53,376 bases of DNA from Patescibacteria group bacterium (GTDB taxonomy: Bacteria > Patescibacteriota > Minisyncoccia > UBA6257 > JACRHW01). A program made the position numbers and the translations under genes. The notes beneath the pieces were generated by a model. That model saw only the letters and a list, made by a program, of their open reading frames with translations. It was not told where the DNA came from and did no database searches. The stretch lies in NCBI GenBank assembly GCA_028865725.1, contig JAGWJP010000001.1, positions 1-53,376 of the forward strand. Direction: 5' to 3'. Positions 1 to 9,382 of the stretch are shown one piece after another (positions within the stretch are counted from its first letter, which is position 1; every line of letters starts with the position of its first letter).

Positions 1-153
1 AAAGATGTTCCCGATCTCATCGAAAAAGCGCGTTATTATCTGACGCACGAGAGTGAACGCGCGCGTATTGCTCGTGCAGGATATGAACGAACCTTACGCG
101 AACATACGTATGAGAAGCGTTTTCAGGAGTTGTTTCGCGCGATGAAGCTATAG
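1..153 (+). CDS. 3' end of a glycosyltransferase-like gene (5' part outside window)
   Basis: The frame is open from nt 1 to TAG at 151-153. The tail ...ARIARAGYERTLREHTYEKRFQELF resembles C-termini of GT1/CgeB-like glycosyltransferases, and the gene lies in a glycan cluster. Confidence 0.45.
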   Translation, partial: KDVPDLIEKARYYLTHESERARIARAGYERTLREHTYEKRFQELFRAMKL

Positions 154-158
154 GTGTT

Positions 159-1283
159 ATGCGTATATTATTTACGGTTGAATTTTATGAACCCAAAAAG
201 GGAGGCGCAGAGGAGGTGGTGCGCCAGCTTAGCGAGCGTCTTGTGACACGAGGGCATGCTGTGACTGTTGCGACGACAAGAGTTCCCGAGCGTACCGAGA
301 AGACGATCCATGGTGTTGCTATTGAGGATTTTGCGCTTTCTGGAAACAGCGTGAAGGGTATTCGGGGGGCGGAGGAAGAGAAAAGACGTTACCAGCAGCT
401 TCTTATTGAGGGCGATTTTGATGTGATCGTGAATTATGCAGCGCAGATTTGGTGTACTGATTTGGCGTTCCTTGTACTCGCACGTATTGCGGCGAAGAAA
501 GTGTTCGTGCCGTGCGGGTATTCTCGTCTTCATCATTCCCAATATAAGGATTACTACGAGGCAATTATTCAGTACCTTGCGGAGTATGATGCGATTGTGT
601 ATATGTCTTCCGAGTATCAGGATTATAAATTTGGAGAGATTCATGGATTTCATAATAAGGCGGTTATTATTCCTAACGGCGCAGGGGATGAATTTCTTGC
701 TCCTTCTCTTGGATTTAAAAAGCGATACGGGATTACTACTTCTCGGATGGTGCTCACGGTAGCGAATCATTATTTTGCAAAGGGGCACTTATTTGTGATT
801 GGTGCGTTTCGAAAAATGAAGCGAGATAATACCACGCTTGTGATCATTGGTGAACGTCCTTCTGGGAGATCGTGGTATAGTTGTGATATGTTTTGTACCT
901 TATTTGCACGATATAATCCTCGCATCATATCTCTACACGATGTTCCGCGCGAATGGGTAGTGTCTGCGTATCAGGAAGCTGACCTTTTCTTATTTGGTTC
1001 TCATCTTGAATGCGCTCCGCTTGTGATGTATGAATCATTTGCCGCGCACACGCCTTTTATTACGACGGATGTGGGTAACGTTAAAGATCATGCGGCAGTA
1101 CTCACGATTATAAAAACGCCACAGGATATGGCGCGTGCCGCGAGTGAGTTATTGGATTCTGATGAAAAGCGAGTACGTCAGGCAAACACGGCCTATGAAT
1201 TATGGGCTACGCATCATACGTGGGAGCGTATCGCTCTCCAGTACGAAGAATTATTTAAGACGCTTGTGTATGCAAAAGAATAA
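159..1283 (+). CDS. Glycosyltransferase family 1 (GT4-like)
   Basis: 374-aa ORF. The N-terminus EPKKGGAEEVVRQLSERLVTRGHAVTV and the C-terminal E-x7-E-like region ECAPLVMYESFAAHTPFITTDVG are typical of GT-B retaining glycosyltransferases. Confidence 0.75.
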   Translation: MRILFTVEFYEPKKGGAEEVVRQLSERLVTRGHAVTVATTRVPERTEKTIHGVAIEDFALSGNSVKGIRGAEEEKRRYQQLLIEGDFDVIVNYAAQIWCTDLAFLVLARIAAKKVFVPCGYSRLHHSQYKDYYEAIIQYLAEYDAIVYMSSEYQDYKFGEIHGFHNKAVIIPNGAGDEFLAPSLGFKKRYGITTSRMVLTVANHYFAKGHLFVIGAFRKMKRDNTTLVIIGERPSGRSWYSCDMFCTLFARYNPRIISLHDVPREWVVSAYQEADLFLFGSHLECAPLVMYESFAAHTPFITTDVGNVKDHAAVLTIIKTPQDMARAASELLDSDEKRVRQANTAYELWATHHTWERIALQYEELFKTLVYAKE

Positions 1284-2112
1284 CAAAGTCCCAAAAGTTT
1301 CTATACTTTTACCTACCCACAACGGGGCGAAGTGGGTTCGTTCCGCAATCGAAAGTGTCCTTGTGCAGGACTATTCTGAGTTTGAGCTTATTGTCATCGA
1401 TGACGCGTCTACTGATAATGTGGCAGCGGTGGTGCGAGATCTTGCAAAGAATGATTCGCGTGTCCATTATATCAAAAACGAGGTAAATCTAGGGATTCAA
1501 AAAACATTGAATAAAGGAATTGCGCTTGCACGAGGCAAATACATCGCACGTATTGACGATGACGATATGTGGAGCGATATCCATAAATTAGGCGCACAAG
1601 TAGAGTTTCTTGAGACTCATCCTGACTATATGCTTGTAGGAACAGGGACCGTTATAGTGAACGAGGAGGGGAATGAACTCTTTCGTTTTTTGGCTCCCGA
1701 AACGGATAATGATATACGCAAGATTTTACTTTTCAGGAACTGTTTTACTCACTCAAGCGTGATGTTTCGAAGCGATATTGTGCGTGCTCTTCGTGGGTAT
1801 CGCGAGGATGAAGAAACGCGCCATATTGAGGATTATGAATTGTGGCTTCGCATGGGAACAAAAGGTAAATTACATAATTTACCCCTATTTAGCGTGCGGT
1901 TTATGATGCGCCGCGGTGCCATTAGTGCACGTTACAAACCAGTCCAGCTTTATCATGCGCTCCGTATCATTTCACGTTATCGGGTATACTATCGTTTTTA
2001 TCCGCTGGCGTGGTTATTTGCCCTAGTGCGCTATGTAGGCTATCGGATATTTTTATTCTTTCCTGGATTTATTCAACAACTTATTGTTCGCATATATAAA
2101 CAAGGCTGTTGA
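1270..2112 (+). CDS. Glycosyltransferase family 2
   Basis: VSILLPTHNGAKWVRSAIESVLVQDYSEFELIVIDDASTDN plus a DDDD motif. I prefer the start at ATG 1270 (MQKNNK) because it overlaps the upstream gene by only 14 nt; the track start at 1135 lies inside that gene. Confidence 0.85.
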   Translation: MQKNNKVPKVSILLPTHNGAKWVRSAIESVLVQDYSEFELIVIDDASTDNVAAVVRDLAKNDSRVHYIKNEVNLGIQKTLNKGIALARGKYIARIDDDDMWSDIHKLGAQVEFLETHPDYMLVGTGTVIVNEEGNELFRFLAPETDNDIRKILLFRNCFTHSSVMFRSDIVRALRGYREDEETRHIEDYELWLRMGTKGKLHNLPLFSVRFMMRRGAISARYKPVQLYHALRIISRYRVYYRFYPLAWLFALVRYVGYRIFLFFPGFIQQLIVRIYKQGC

Positions 2113-2146
2113 GTGATCTCATTGAGTATCCATGCGTGTTCTGCCA

Positions 2147-3061
2147 CTAGAGAGTACGCACTGTTTTTGCGACTCCCTTTTGGAAGGGTGTTTTTGGTTT
2201 CCATCCGATAGTCTCGGCTGCTTTTGCCGCATTAAGTGAGCAGCGAAAAACTTCGCCGTTTCGGTGGGGTGCATAGAGAGGTTGCTCCGTAAATTTGGTG
2301 TACATTGCAAGAGTGCGGAATACCTCGTTGTCCTGTGTTTCTTTTTCCCATCCCAAATTGAGTGTTGTATTAACGCCGCGTTTAAGTCCTATTACATTCG
2401 CAGCGACAATATCGTTTATGTACACATAGTCTCGAGTTTTTTTTCCATCACCGAAAATAGTAGGAGTCTCCCCGTGTTTCATGAGTGCTCCAAATATCGC
2501 AATAACTCCTGCTTCTCCTTTTGGATTCTGGCGCGGTCCGAAGACGTTGGCATAGCGGAAGATAAGGTATTCAAAACATGCTGTCCCCGCATAGTAGGCT
2601 ATTGTTTGTTCCGCAAGTTGTTTAGAGAGTCCATAGGGCGAAATCGGGTTTTCTGGCGTTTTTTCAGAAACTGGTTTTTTGAAAGGACCCATCCCGTACA
2701 TTGCGCCTCCTGTTGAGGCGAAGATGAATTTTTTTATTCCATATTCTCCCGCGAGAAGTGCTAAGTTTGCCGTGCCGAGTACGTTTACTTCAAGTGTAGG
2801 GATGGGATTTTTTATCGATTCCGTCACTGCTGCGCGCGCCGCGTGATGATTGATAATGTCAGGTTTTTCTCGTTTAATGACAGTACGAAGCGCTTCGTTA
2901 TCACGAATATCTATCTGATAGAATCTCGCTTTTTTGTTCACGTTCTTTCGAAATCCTGTGGTGAGATCGTCCACGACACTTACGCGATGTCCTTTTTTAA
3001 TGTACGCATCTGTGATATGGCTTCCGATAAACCCTGCCCCACCCGTGACGAGAATATTCAT
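2147..3061 (-). CDS. NAD-dependent sugar epimerase/dehydratase (GalE-like)
   Basis: MNILVTGGAGFIGSH Rossmann motif and the SPYGLSKQLAE (YxxxK) catalytic motif. The start is taken at MNILV. Confidence 0.85.
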   Translation of the reverse strand: MNILVTGGAGFIGSHITDAYIKKGHRVSVVDDLTTGFRKNVNKKARFYQIDIRDNEALRTVIKREKPDIINHHAARAAVTESIKNPIPTLEVNVLGTANLALLAGEYGIKKFIFASTGGAMYGMGPFKKPVSEKTPENPISPYGLSKQLAEQTIAYYAGTACFEYLIFRYANVFGPRQNPKGEAGVIAIFGALMKHGETPTIFGDGKKTRDYVYINDIVAANVIGLKRGVNTTLNLGWEKETQDNEVFRTLAMYTKFTEQPLYAPHRNGEVFRCSLNAAKAAETIGWKPKTPFQKGVAKTVRTL

Positions 3062-3151
3062 GTGTTTGCACACACTGCTTGCGGGCCACTGACAACAGCC
3101 TTTTATGGTCGATTCATGGGGCCGTGGTCGGTAGTCTTTTTGCGATGCGCA

Positions 3152-4471
3152 TTACTTAACCGTTGTAAAGAATAATTTAATTGTTTTAAGAATAATGAGA
3201 ATATCGAGAATAAGCGTTCTATTTTTGATATAAAAAAGGTCGTATTGCAGTTTGTGATAAGCATCCTCATTAGAGGCCCCATAGCGGTAGTTGATTTGTG
3301 CCCATCCGGTAATACCCGGTTTTATCGTATGGCGCACTTCATAATAGGGTATGGTTTGTTTGAGATCACTTACAAACTCCGGGCGTTCAGGGCGCGGTCC
3401 CACAAATGATACCTCCCTTTTTAGTACGTTCACAAGCTGGGGTAGTTCATCAAGATGCGATGCGCGGAGAATGGCTCCTATCGGAGTGATACGCGCATCA
3501 TGCGGCTGTGCCCACTGCGGTCCTGTTTCTTCTGCGGAGACGAACATGGTTCTAAACTTATAGATAGAAAATAATTTACCTTTGTATCCGACGCGCTGCT
3601 GGGAGTAGAGAACGGGTCCACGCGAAGTGACCGCGACGAAAATTCCGATAATGATCATCAAGGGAAGCAGAAGAACGAGGAGAATGAACGCTCCTATGTA
3701 CTCAAGGGGAGATTTTATCATGTCATATATGCGTGATCCGTGTGTAACGTTTGTCAGTACCCATAGCCGTTCCGTAGATTCAACGGGAAGTTTTTGAAGT
3801 ACGGATTCATAGAGATGAACGACCCCGAATGTTTCTATGCCTCGGAGCACATATTCATACATTACTCCCAAAAGGCTGTCATGATCTTCAATTGATTCCG
3901 AGATCACAAGAGTGTCGATACGGTGTTCCTGAATAAGTTCGGGCAGCGAAGGTGCGGTGTCCTCTGTGACGGATTCAATTCTTATGGGTATTTCATAGCC
4001 TAGTTGTGGATTTTCTGCGATGTAGTGGGATAATTCTTCTATATCATGCCCGCTTCCTATAAGAAGAAGTCTTTTTTCCGGCTTTTTCGTCCATGCAGTA
4101 AACAACCAACGCCACCATGTCTCAAGTAGGACAAAGAGTAACGAAAAGATAAGGAGGTTTGTCTTGGGGGAGATCTTGAAGTAGGGGATCAGATAAAATA
4201 ATGCAATGGCCACTCCTGCACCAATCCCTACGGTAACTAGTATTTGAGTGATAAGTTGAATCGTGTTTTTTAGATTTTTCAGATCATAAAGCCCCGCGAT
4301 GTAAAAGAGTACGATCCATACGAGAAAGATAATGGTAAATGGTCCCGCATGGGCATGCCAGAGATAAGCATTGACGGTATGATAGCGGAGAAGGAGAGTA
4401 ATCAAAAGCGAACCGTACAATGTTATGAGATCTCCTGCGACAAGGCTATATTGTTTCAGTGAAGTGGTCAT
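3152..4471 (-). CDS. Polyprenyl-phosphate sugar-phosphate transferase (bacterial sugar transferase, WbaP/EpsL-like)
   Basis: N-terminal TM helices plus the C-terminal domain SRGPVLYSQQRVGYKGKLFSIYKFRTM...LDELPQL...GPRPERPEF...PGITGWAQINYR. Confidence 0.85.
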   Translation of the reverse strand: MTTSLKQYSLVAGDLITLYGSLLITLLLRYHTVNAYLWHAHAGPFTIIFLVWIVLFYIAGLYDLKNLKNTIQLITQILVTVGIGAGVAIALFYLIPYFKISPKTNLLIFSLLFVLLETWWRWLFTAWTKKPEKRLLLIGSGHDIEELSHYIAENPQLGYEIPIRIESVTEDTAPSLPELIQEHRIDTLVISESIEDHDSLLGVMYEYVLRGIETFGVVHLYESVLQKLPVESTERLWVLTNVTHGSRIYDMIKSPLEYIGAFILLVLLLPLMIIIGIFVAVTSRGPVLYSQQRVGYKGKLFSIYKFRTMFVSAEETGPQWAQPHDARITPIGAILRASHLDELPQLVNVLKREVSFVGPRPERPEFVSDLKQTIPYYEVRHTIKPGITGWAQINYRYGASNEDAYHKLQYDLFYIKNRTLILDILIILKTIKLFFTTVK

Positions 4472-5693
4472 GCACGGGTTGATAGCGTCTGTATACGATT
4501 ATATATCCGAGCATATTTATGCTTTGGGCTAGTACATTTGCAATGGCAGCGCCTTCAATACCTAGCTTGCCAATAAAAATGACATTCAGCAAGAGGTTGG
4601 CTATGGTTCCCGCTAATAGAAAGGGGATAATTTTGTGTTGTTGGTGTAGCACTAAAATGAGATATCCGAGTATCGTTGAAAGGTATACGAACGGTACGCT
4701 TAAAAGCAGTAGGTGAAAGGTTGGTATTGACGAGACAAATGATGCGCCAAAGATGGTGCGAATCAGGATAGGTGCCGACACAAATGATACAAGCGCAATT
4801 CCACTTCCTGCATAAAAGCTTGTACGGAGTGAGGCCTGCGCAGTACGTTTAAATGTGAAATAGGACTCAGCGATGTGTTTAGAAAGAAGAGGAAGGTATG
4901 AAGTAGCGATAATGCCAGCTCCTACATAGATGAGTTGTATCATTTTTATGGGTGCCGCATAAAGTCCCACTGCAGCCGCATTAAGTTTCCATCCAATAAT
5001 AATTGTATCTGCATAGGTAAGGATTGTAAGACAAATAATAGAGAGCCCGAGGGGTATGCCTTCTTGGATTATGATCATAATGCTTGTCGGATCAATGCGT
5101 TGTTGCAGTCTCATGTAATAAGTACGCACGTCAAGATAGGTAAGGAGAAGGCCTGTGCTTGCTCCGATGGCATATGCATAAATCAGAGTCATTATAGAAT
5201 GAGTAATGAGAATTCCCGCTACCCCTATTATTACTGTGATACTGTTAACAACAATATTGTTTATCGCATCAATATGCATTTTATTTTGAGCTCGCACAAA
5301 TGAGAGATGAAAATTCCTCAGTCCATCGAGTAATACAGAAAATCCCACCCAAGGAAGAAGTGTTTTTGCAAGCCTGTCCGTGGTGAGGAGTGGGCCCACC
5401 ATGGTTATGATTATTCCACTTAGTACAAGTAAGACGAGTTTAATGGCAAAGAGCGCGGTGATATGGGATTCGTTTTTTTTATCTTCTTTAGCACATTCGC
5501 GTACCAGAAGCATATCAAGCCCCCAATCATTCAAGAACATAAAGGTGCCGGCGATACCAAAGGCGAGATTAAATGAACCGAACGAGGAAAGGCTCAAGGT
5601 ATGCGCTGCCACTACAATAAGCACACCTTTAATCGTACGGCTTATGAGTTGTCCAGTAACAAGCCACTGTATGTTATTCCAGATTGTTTTCAT
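4446..5693 (-). CDS. Polysaccharide flippase (Wzx/MOP superfamily-like)
   Basis: 415-aa polytopic membrane protein located between the glycan-cluster genes. Its 3' end overlaps the priming transferase start. Confidence 0.65.
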   Translation of the reverse strand: MKTIWNNIQWLVTGQLISRTIKGVLIVVAAHTLSLSSFGSFNLAFGIAGTFMFLNDWGLDMLLVRECAKEDKKNESHITALFAIKLVLLVLSGIIITMVGPLLTTDRLAKTLLPWVGFSVLLDGLRNFHLSFVRAQNKMHIDAINNIVVNSITVIIGVAGILITHSIMTLIYAYAIGASTGLLLTYLDVRTYYMRLQQRIDPTSIMIIIQEGIPLGLSIICLTILTYADTIIIGWKLNAAAVGLYAAPIKMIQLIYVGAGIIATSYLPLLSKHIAESYFTFKRTAQASLRTSFYAGSGIALVSFVSAPILIRTIFGASFVSSIPTFHLLLLSVPFVYLSTILGYLILVLHQQHKIIPFLLAGTIANLLLNVIFIGKLGIEGAAIANVLAQSINMLGYIIVYRRYQPVHDHFTETI

Positions 5694-6049
5694 TACGTTA
5701 ACTATGCATGTTCCTTGCTATTCTCGCAAAATCACATATTCTCTACTTTCTTATTGTAGCATTTTGTAGGGCACGTTATACTCTTCAGTAAGGGGGTATC
5801 TATGTCAGTTACTTATTACTATGAGGCGGTTGGTTATTAAGGAGTTCGTTATTTTTTCTCAGGGAGAGCACGTGCAGATATTACTACAACTGCTGGGATT
5901 TGAGTTGCGGCATCGCTTGGGAGGGTGGTAGGACTTAAAATGTACACACTGGCTTTTTGTCGCATTTATGTCGCTCGGGACTCTCGTTGTATTTTGGGTT
6001 ATTGAAGAGCATATCTTAAAGACAAGAAAGCCATGATGGCGCCATATTC

Positions 6050-7189
6050 ATGATCACTAAGTATATTATTGCGGGAACTATTCTTTCTGGTACGGTAATT
6101 GGGGCGGGAATGTTTGTATTGCCGCATATTTTTTTTTCTGCCGGTCTCCTGAAAGGATTTGCGTATCTATTATTATTTGGTGTTCTTACCACGCTTATTC
6201 ATTTGATGTATGCGGAAGTGGTGCTCCGTACTTCTGAGAAACACGAGCTTTCCGGATATACCAGGGTCTACCTTGGGTCTACAATGGGGAATATCACCAA
6301 GGTAACTCAGATTATAGGGATTACAGGCTCACTCGTTGCTTATCAGGTATTGGGCGCGGGTTTTGTACGTCTCATAATTCCGTCACTTTCGTTTCTCGAT
6401 GCTTCTTTTATTTTTTTTGTGTTGGCTAGTATCGGTGTTCTAGCAGAGACTTCGTGGTTGGCACAAGGAGAGTTAGTTTCAAACGGTCTCTTGTTTGTAT
6501 TGGTGGGTTATTTCTTTCTGGTAGGACTTCCTCATTGGCGGGTGCTTTCGTGGGACGTCAAAGGAAACATGTTTATGTCTACCTACGGTATCGTGTTATA
6601 TGCCCTTATAGGGTATCAGGCAGTGCGTGAGGTAATAGAGTATTTGCGCAAGGAACATGTTCCAATCACTCCGTTCCCTTTTGTGCTCGGATCATTCTTT
6701 TCCGTTGTATTGTCCGGATTCTTTGTTGTGGCACTCTTGTTGCTTTACCGTGGCACCGATCCTCCTCTTACCGTATTTACAGGACTTGGCGTCGGTTCAT
6801 TGATTCTTACTATTGGAGGCGTATTGGGTGGCATAAACATGCTTGATTCCTTTTGGACGGTGGGAACTTATTTACGCAACGTTTTTGTCAATGATATCGG
6901 TCTTTATCCGCGTGTGGGACTCGTGTTTACACTTGGCCTTCCATTGCTAGGAGGTGTACTCTTGCAGCAACGGCTCCTTGAGCTTTTGAGCGTGGTGGGG
7001 GGGGTGTTTTTTGGGTTCGAACTTCTTGTTATTCTTTTCTTGTGGCGTGCCGCACGGAATGGGGTGCGTGGCACGTTTGAGTCTCCCGCTTTTTCGCTCC
7101 CTATCTCCTCTTTTCTTTTTTGGTTTCTTGCGGCATTATTGAGTGGAGGGGTCCTCTATTCCCTTTGTTCATTATTTTCATTTTTATGA
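6050..7189 (+). CDS. Polytopic membrane transporter, amino-acid permease-like (Trp/Tyr permease-type N-terminus)
   Basis: 379 aa with about 11 hydrophobic segments. The N-terminus IIAGTILSGTVIGAGMFVLPHIFFSAGLL resembles aromatic amino-acid/aa_trans permeases. Confidence 0.5.
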   Translation: MITKYIIAGTILSGTVIGAGMFVLPHIFFSAGLLKGFAYLLLFGVLTTLIHLMYAEVVLRTSEKHELSGYTRVYLGSTMGNITKVTQIIGITGSLVAYQVLGAGFVRLIIPSLSFLDASFIFFVLASIGVLAETSWLAQGELVSNGLLFVLVGYFFLVGLPHWRVLSWDVKGNMFMSTYGIVLYALIGYQAVREVIEYLRKEHVPITPFPFVLGSFFSVVLSGFFVVALLLLYRGTDPPLTVFTGLGVGSLILTIGGVLGGINMLDSFWTVGTYLRNVFVNDIGLYPRVGLVFTLGLPLLGGVLLQQRLLELLSVVGGVFFGFELLVILFLWRAARNGVRGTFESPAFSLPISSFLFWFLAALLSGGVLYSLCSLFSFL

Positions 7190-7728
7190 ATTACAATAAC
7201 CGGAACCGGCGTCCTACAAAAACAAAAAATACTTCTCAATCTTACGCATCGCAGACAATCAAGAGTAGGCATGCTATGGAAGAGTTTCCCGCGCATGCCA
7301 ATATTGTTATTTGTCCGGACGACGGGCTTGTGTATTTTAAAAAGGCCTGGCACCACAGGTTGGATGACATTAAACACCTAAAAGAAGAGTACAAAATTTC
7401 GTTTGAGCGCTGTCCCGTGTGCCGTATGAAGCATGAGCATACGTATGAAGGGGAACTTGCTATTATGCATATTCCTCCGTTGTATGAACATGACTTGATA
7501 CGGTTGGTGCAGAATTTCGGAGCTTCTATTTTTTCTAAAGATCCTCTGGACCAAATTCTTCGCATGCGTCGCGATGGCAACGCGTTTTACATTGAATGTT
7601 CAAGAAATCAATCCATGCTTCGTCTTGCAAAAAAAATTTCGTCCGCGTTTAAGGCACGTCATCGTAAACAGATTTCCTTTTCACATGAACCAAGCGATGT
7701 GGTATGTAGCGTGATCGATTTTGGATAA
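7186..7728 (+). CDS. Hypothetical protein with split Cys pairs (possible zinc ribbon)
   Basis: The ATGA overlap with the upstream stop suggests translational coupling. CPDDG...CPVC cysteine pairs are present. No family recognised. Confidence 0.5.
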   Translation: MNYNNRNRRPTKTKNTSQSYASQTIKSRHAMEEFPAHANIVICPDDGLVYFKKAWHHRLDDIKHLKEEYKISFERCPVCRMKHEHTYEGELAIMHIPPLYEHDLIRLVQNFGASIFSKDPLDQILRMRRDGNAFYIECSRNQSMLRLAKKISSAFKARHRKQISFSHEPSDVVCSVIDFG

Positions 7729-7732
7729 GAAT

Positions 7733-9112
7733 ATGCCCTCATTTGTGCGCGTCTTCCGATCGTGTATTTCTAATTTGTACCACTCTCTGTCTTTGCGCAT
7801 AGGAGCGGGTGATGTCCGCTCTCACATCGAGTCACTCACACTCTTTTTGTTTTTTGTTTTTCTTCCGCTCGGAACCAAGAAGACGCTTGCGGTACTTGTT
7901 TATCCATTTGGAAGCAAGGCTTTTTTTCTCTACGCGTTTGATATCGCTCTTGTGATTCTTTTCGGGTGCTGGGTTCTGCGAAAAGGATGGTGCCATCGCA
8001 CACATGATATACCACACAAAATGCTAAGTTTGTTTGTGGGTGCAGTGGTACTTTCTTTTCTGCTTGCAGGACGTTTTCATCTCATTTCTTGGTATGCCCT
8101 TATACGTCTTTTTGAGGGGATGTTTTGTTACTATTATCTCGCATCACACCCCACTCTCACTCGCGAATATGCATTTCGAGCTCTCCTCGCCGGAGCGTTT
8201 TTTGAAATGTGGATCGGCATCGCACAATTTAAGTTGCAACACAACATTGGGCTTCATGCGCTTGGGGAGACATGGTTTGGTGATGGAATTTCGGGGACCG
8301 CCACATTTCATTTCGGTGTTGACAAGATAGTTCGGATCCCCGGTACATTTTTGCATCCCAATATTCTCGGCGCGTTCCTCTTTATGAGTTCGTGTATGGC
8401 GCTCTATTTTTTTGTGCACAGCGAGAAGCCATGGGCGGCAAGGGGATGGGTTGTATTCTATTATGGTGTTAATTTTTTGTTGCTCTGTACGCTTTCTCGA
8501 TCAAATATTGTTACAACACTTATCGTAACGGGCGGGTATCTCGGATCACTGTATGCGCACCACCGCATGAAGGTGATAACGATTGCAGTTGTGTGGATAT
8601 TAATTCTAGGGACATTATGGGGCATGTTTGGAAATATTCTTGATGCGCGGTTTGTACATTCGTTTGATGAGTTTTCTTACACCAATCGCGTTCTTTACAA
8701 TGAAGTTGGATTATCTGTCATTGCATCGCATCCGATTCTTGGCGTAGGAATTGGAAATTTTGTCGATTTTGCGTTTTCACACACGCTCTTTCAGGCGCAT
8801 GGATTGGATCTTCCCTATCTCTACCAGCCTGTACACAATCTTTATATCTTTATTGCCGCTGAAACGGGTGTCACAGGATTCTTGCTCTTTCTCGCATTTC
8901 TCGGTACGCTGATTGCTTCAGAGTGGCGGGCGGTGTGGCACGAACCTTCGCGACGTGTTGTACTATTTATCTTTGTCGGATTCTTGGCGCTTGCTATGAT
9001 TGATCATTATTTTTGGGATCTGGAACAGGGGATTGTTATGTTTTGGATGGTTCTTGGATTTTTGGTCCTGAAAGAAACGCCACAAAAGTCTCTCCATCGT
9101 CCTCGTAGTTGA
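7733..9112 (+). CDS. O-antigen ligase/polymerase-like membrane protein (Wzy_C-type)
   Basis: Polytopic protein with the motif HNLYIFIAAETGVTGFLLFLAF. ATG 7733 is preferred over the TTG at 7721. The last 14 nt overlap tRNA-Arg. Confidence 0.7.
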   Translation: MPSFVRVFRSCISNLYHSLSLRIGAGDVRSHIESLTLFLFFVFLPLGTKKTLAVLVYPFGSKAFFLYAFDIALVILFGCWVLRKGWCHRTHDIPHKMLSLFVGAVVLSFLLAGRFHLISWYALIRLFEGMFCYYYLASHPTLTREYAFRALLAGAFFEMWIGIAQFKLQHNIGLHALGETWFGDGISGTATFHFGVDKIVRIPGTFLHPNILGAFLFMSSCMALYFFVHSEKPWAARGWVVFYYGVNFLLLCTLSRSNIVTTLIVTGGYLGSLYAHHRMKVITIAVVWILILGTLWGMFGNILDARFVHSFDEFSYTNRVLYNEVGLSVIASHPILGVGIGNFVDFAFSHTLFQAHGLDLPYLYQPVHNLYIFIAAETGVTGFLLFLAFLGTLIASEWRAVWHEPSRRVVLFIFVGFLALAMIDHYFWDLEQGIVMFWMVLGFLVLKETPQKSLHRPRS

Positions 9113-9173
9113 ATGGATACAATGCCTCCCTCCGAAGGAGGCGGTACAGGTTCGATTCCTGTCGAGGACACCA
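9099..9173 (+). tRNA. tRNA-Arg (anticodon CCG), CCA encoded
   Basis: Hand-folded cloverleaf: acceptor GTCCTCG/CGAGGAC, D arm GTTG-AATGGATA-CAAT, anticodon arm CCTCC-CTCCGAA-GGAGG, T arm ACAGG-TTCGATT-CCTGT, then A-CCA. Total 75 nt. Confidence 0.9.
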
Positions 9174-9176
9174 AAT

Positions 9177-9205
9177 TTGACTTTTTATTCTTGATATGGT
9201 ATAGT
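9177..9205 (+). promoter_or_regulatory. Sigma70-type promoter (TTGACT - 17 nt - TATAGT)
   Basis: TTGACT lies at 9177-9182, a 17-nt spacer follows, and TATAGT lies at 9200-9205. The element sits directly after tRNA-Arg. Confidence 0.55.
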
Positions 9206-9288
9206 GTTTTTATCTTAGGGCTTGGTCACACCAGCAGAAATGGAGAATAGAAGTGGAGTTCGCTCATGGTCGTGTAAAAAGGGTAAAG

Positions 9289-9330
9289 AAAAATCCCCGG
9301 CACAACAATATCCGGGGATTTTTCTTTTTC
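9289..9330 (+). terminator. Intrinsic terminator-like hairpin
   Basis: Stem AAAAATCCCCGG / CCGGGGATTTTT with an 11-nt loop, followed by CTTTTTC. Confidence 0.6.
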
Positions 9331-9382
9331 GTCTTAGGTATTTTGTGGCGGTGCGGTCTTACTCCTGATATACTGAGAAGTA

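Noticed and set aside
168-788. Long antisense or off-frame track ORFs inside clear genes (for example 168-788, 2264-2716, 13069-13359, 16149-16574, 18459-18905, 19661-19966, 28310-28762, 43269-43667)
   Set aside because: Each is fully embedded in a gene with strong family signatures in another frame or strand. Their translations are low-complexity or Arg/Ser/Cys-rich.
5860-5945. T-box-like leader upstream of the Trp/Tyr-permease-like gene (AGGGTGGTA at about 5921-5932, GGGAGAG box, and a loop containing UACA)
   Set aside because: Only 9 of the 14 T-box core positions match. I could not build an antiterminator/terminator pair or a proper Stem I. The motif is about 120 nt from the start codon. 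This is probably chance similarity, though an Infernal scan would settle it.
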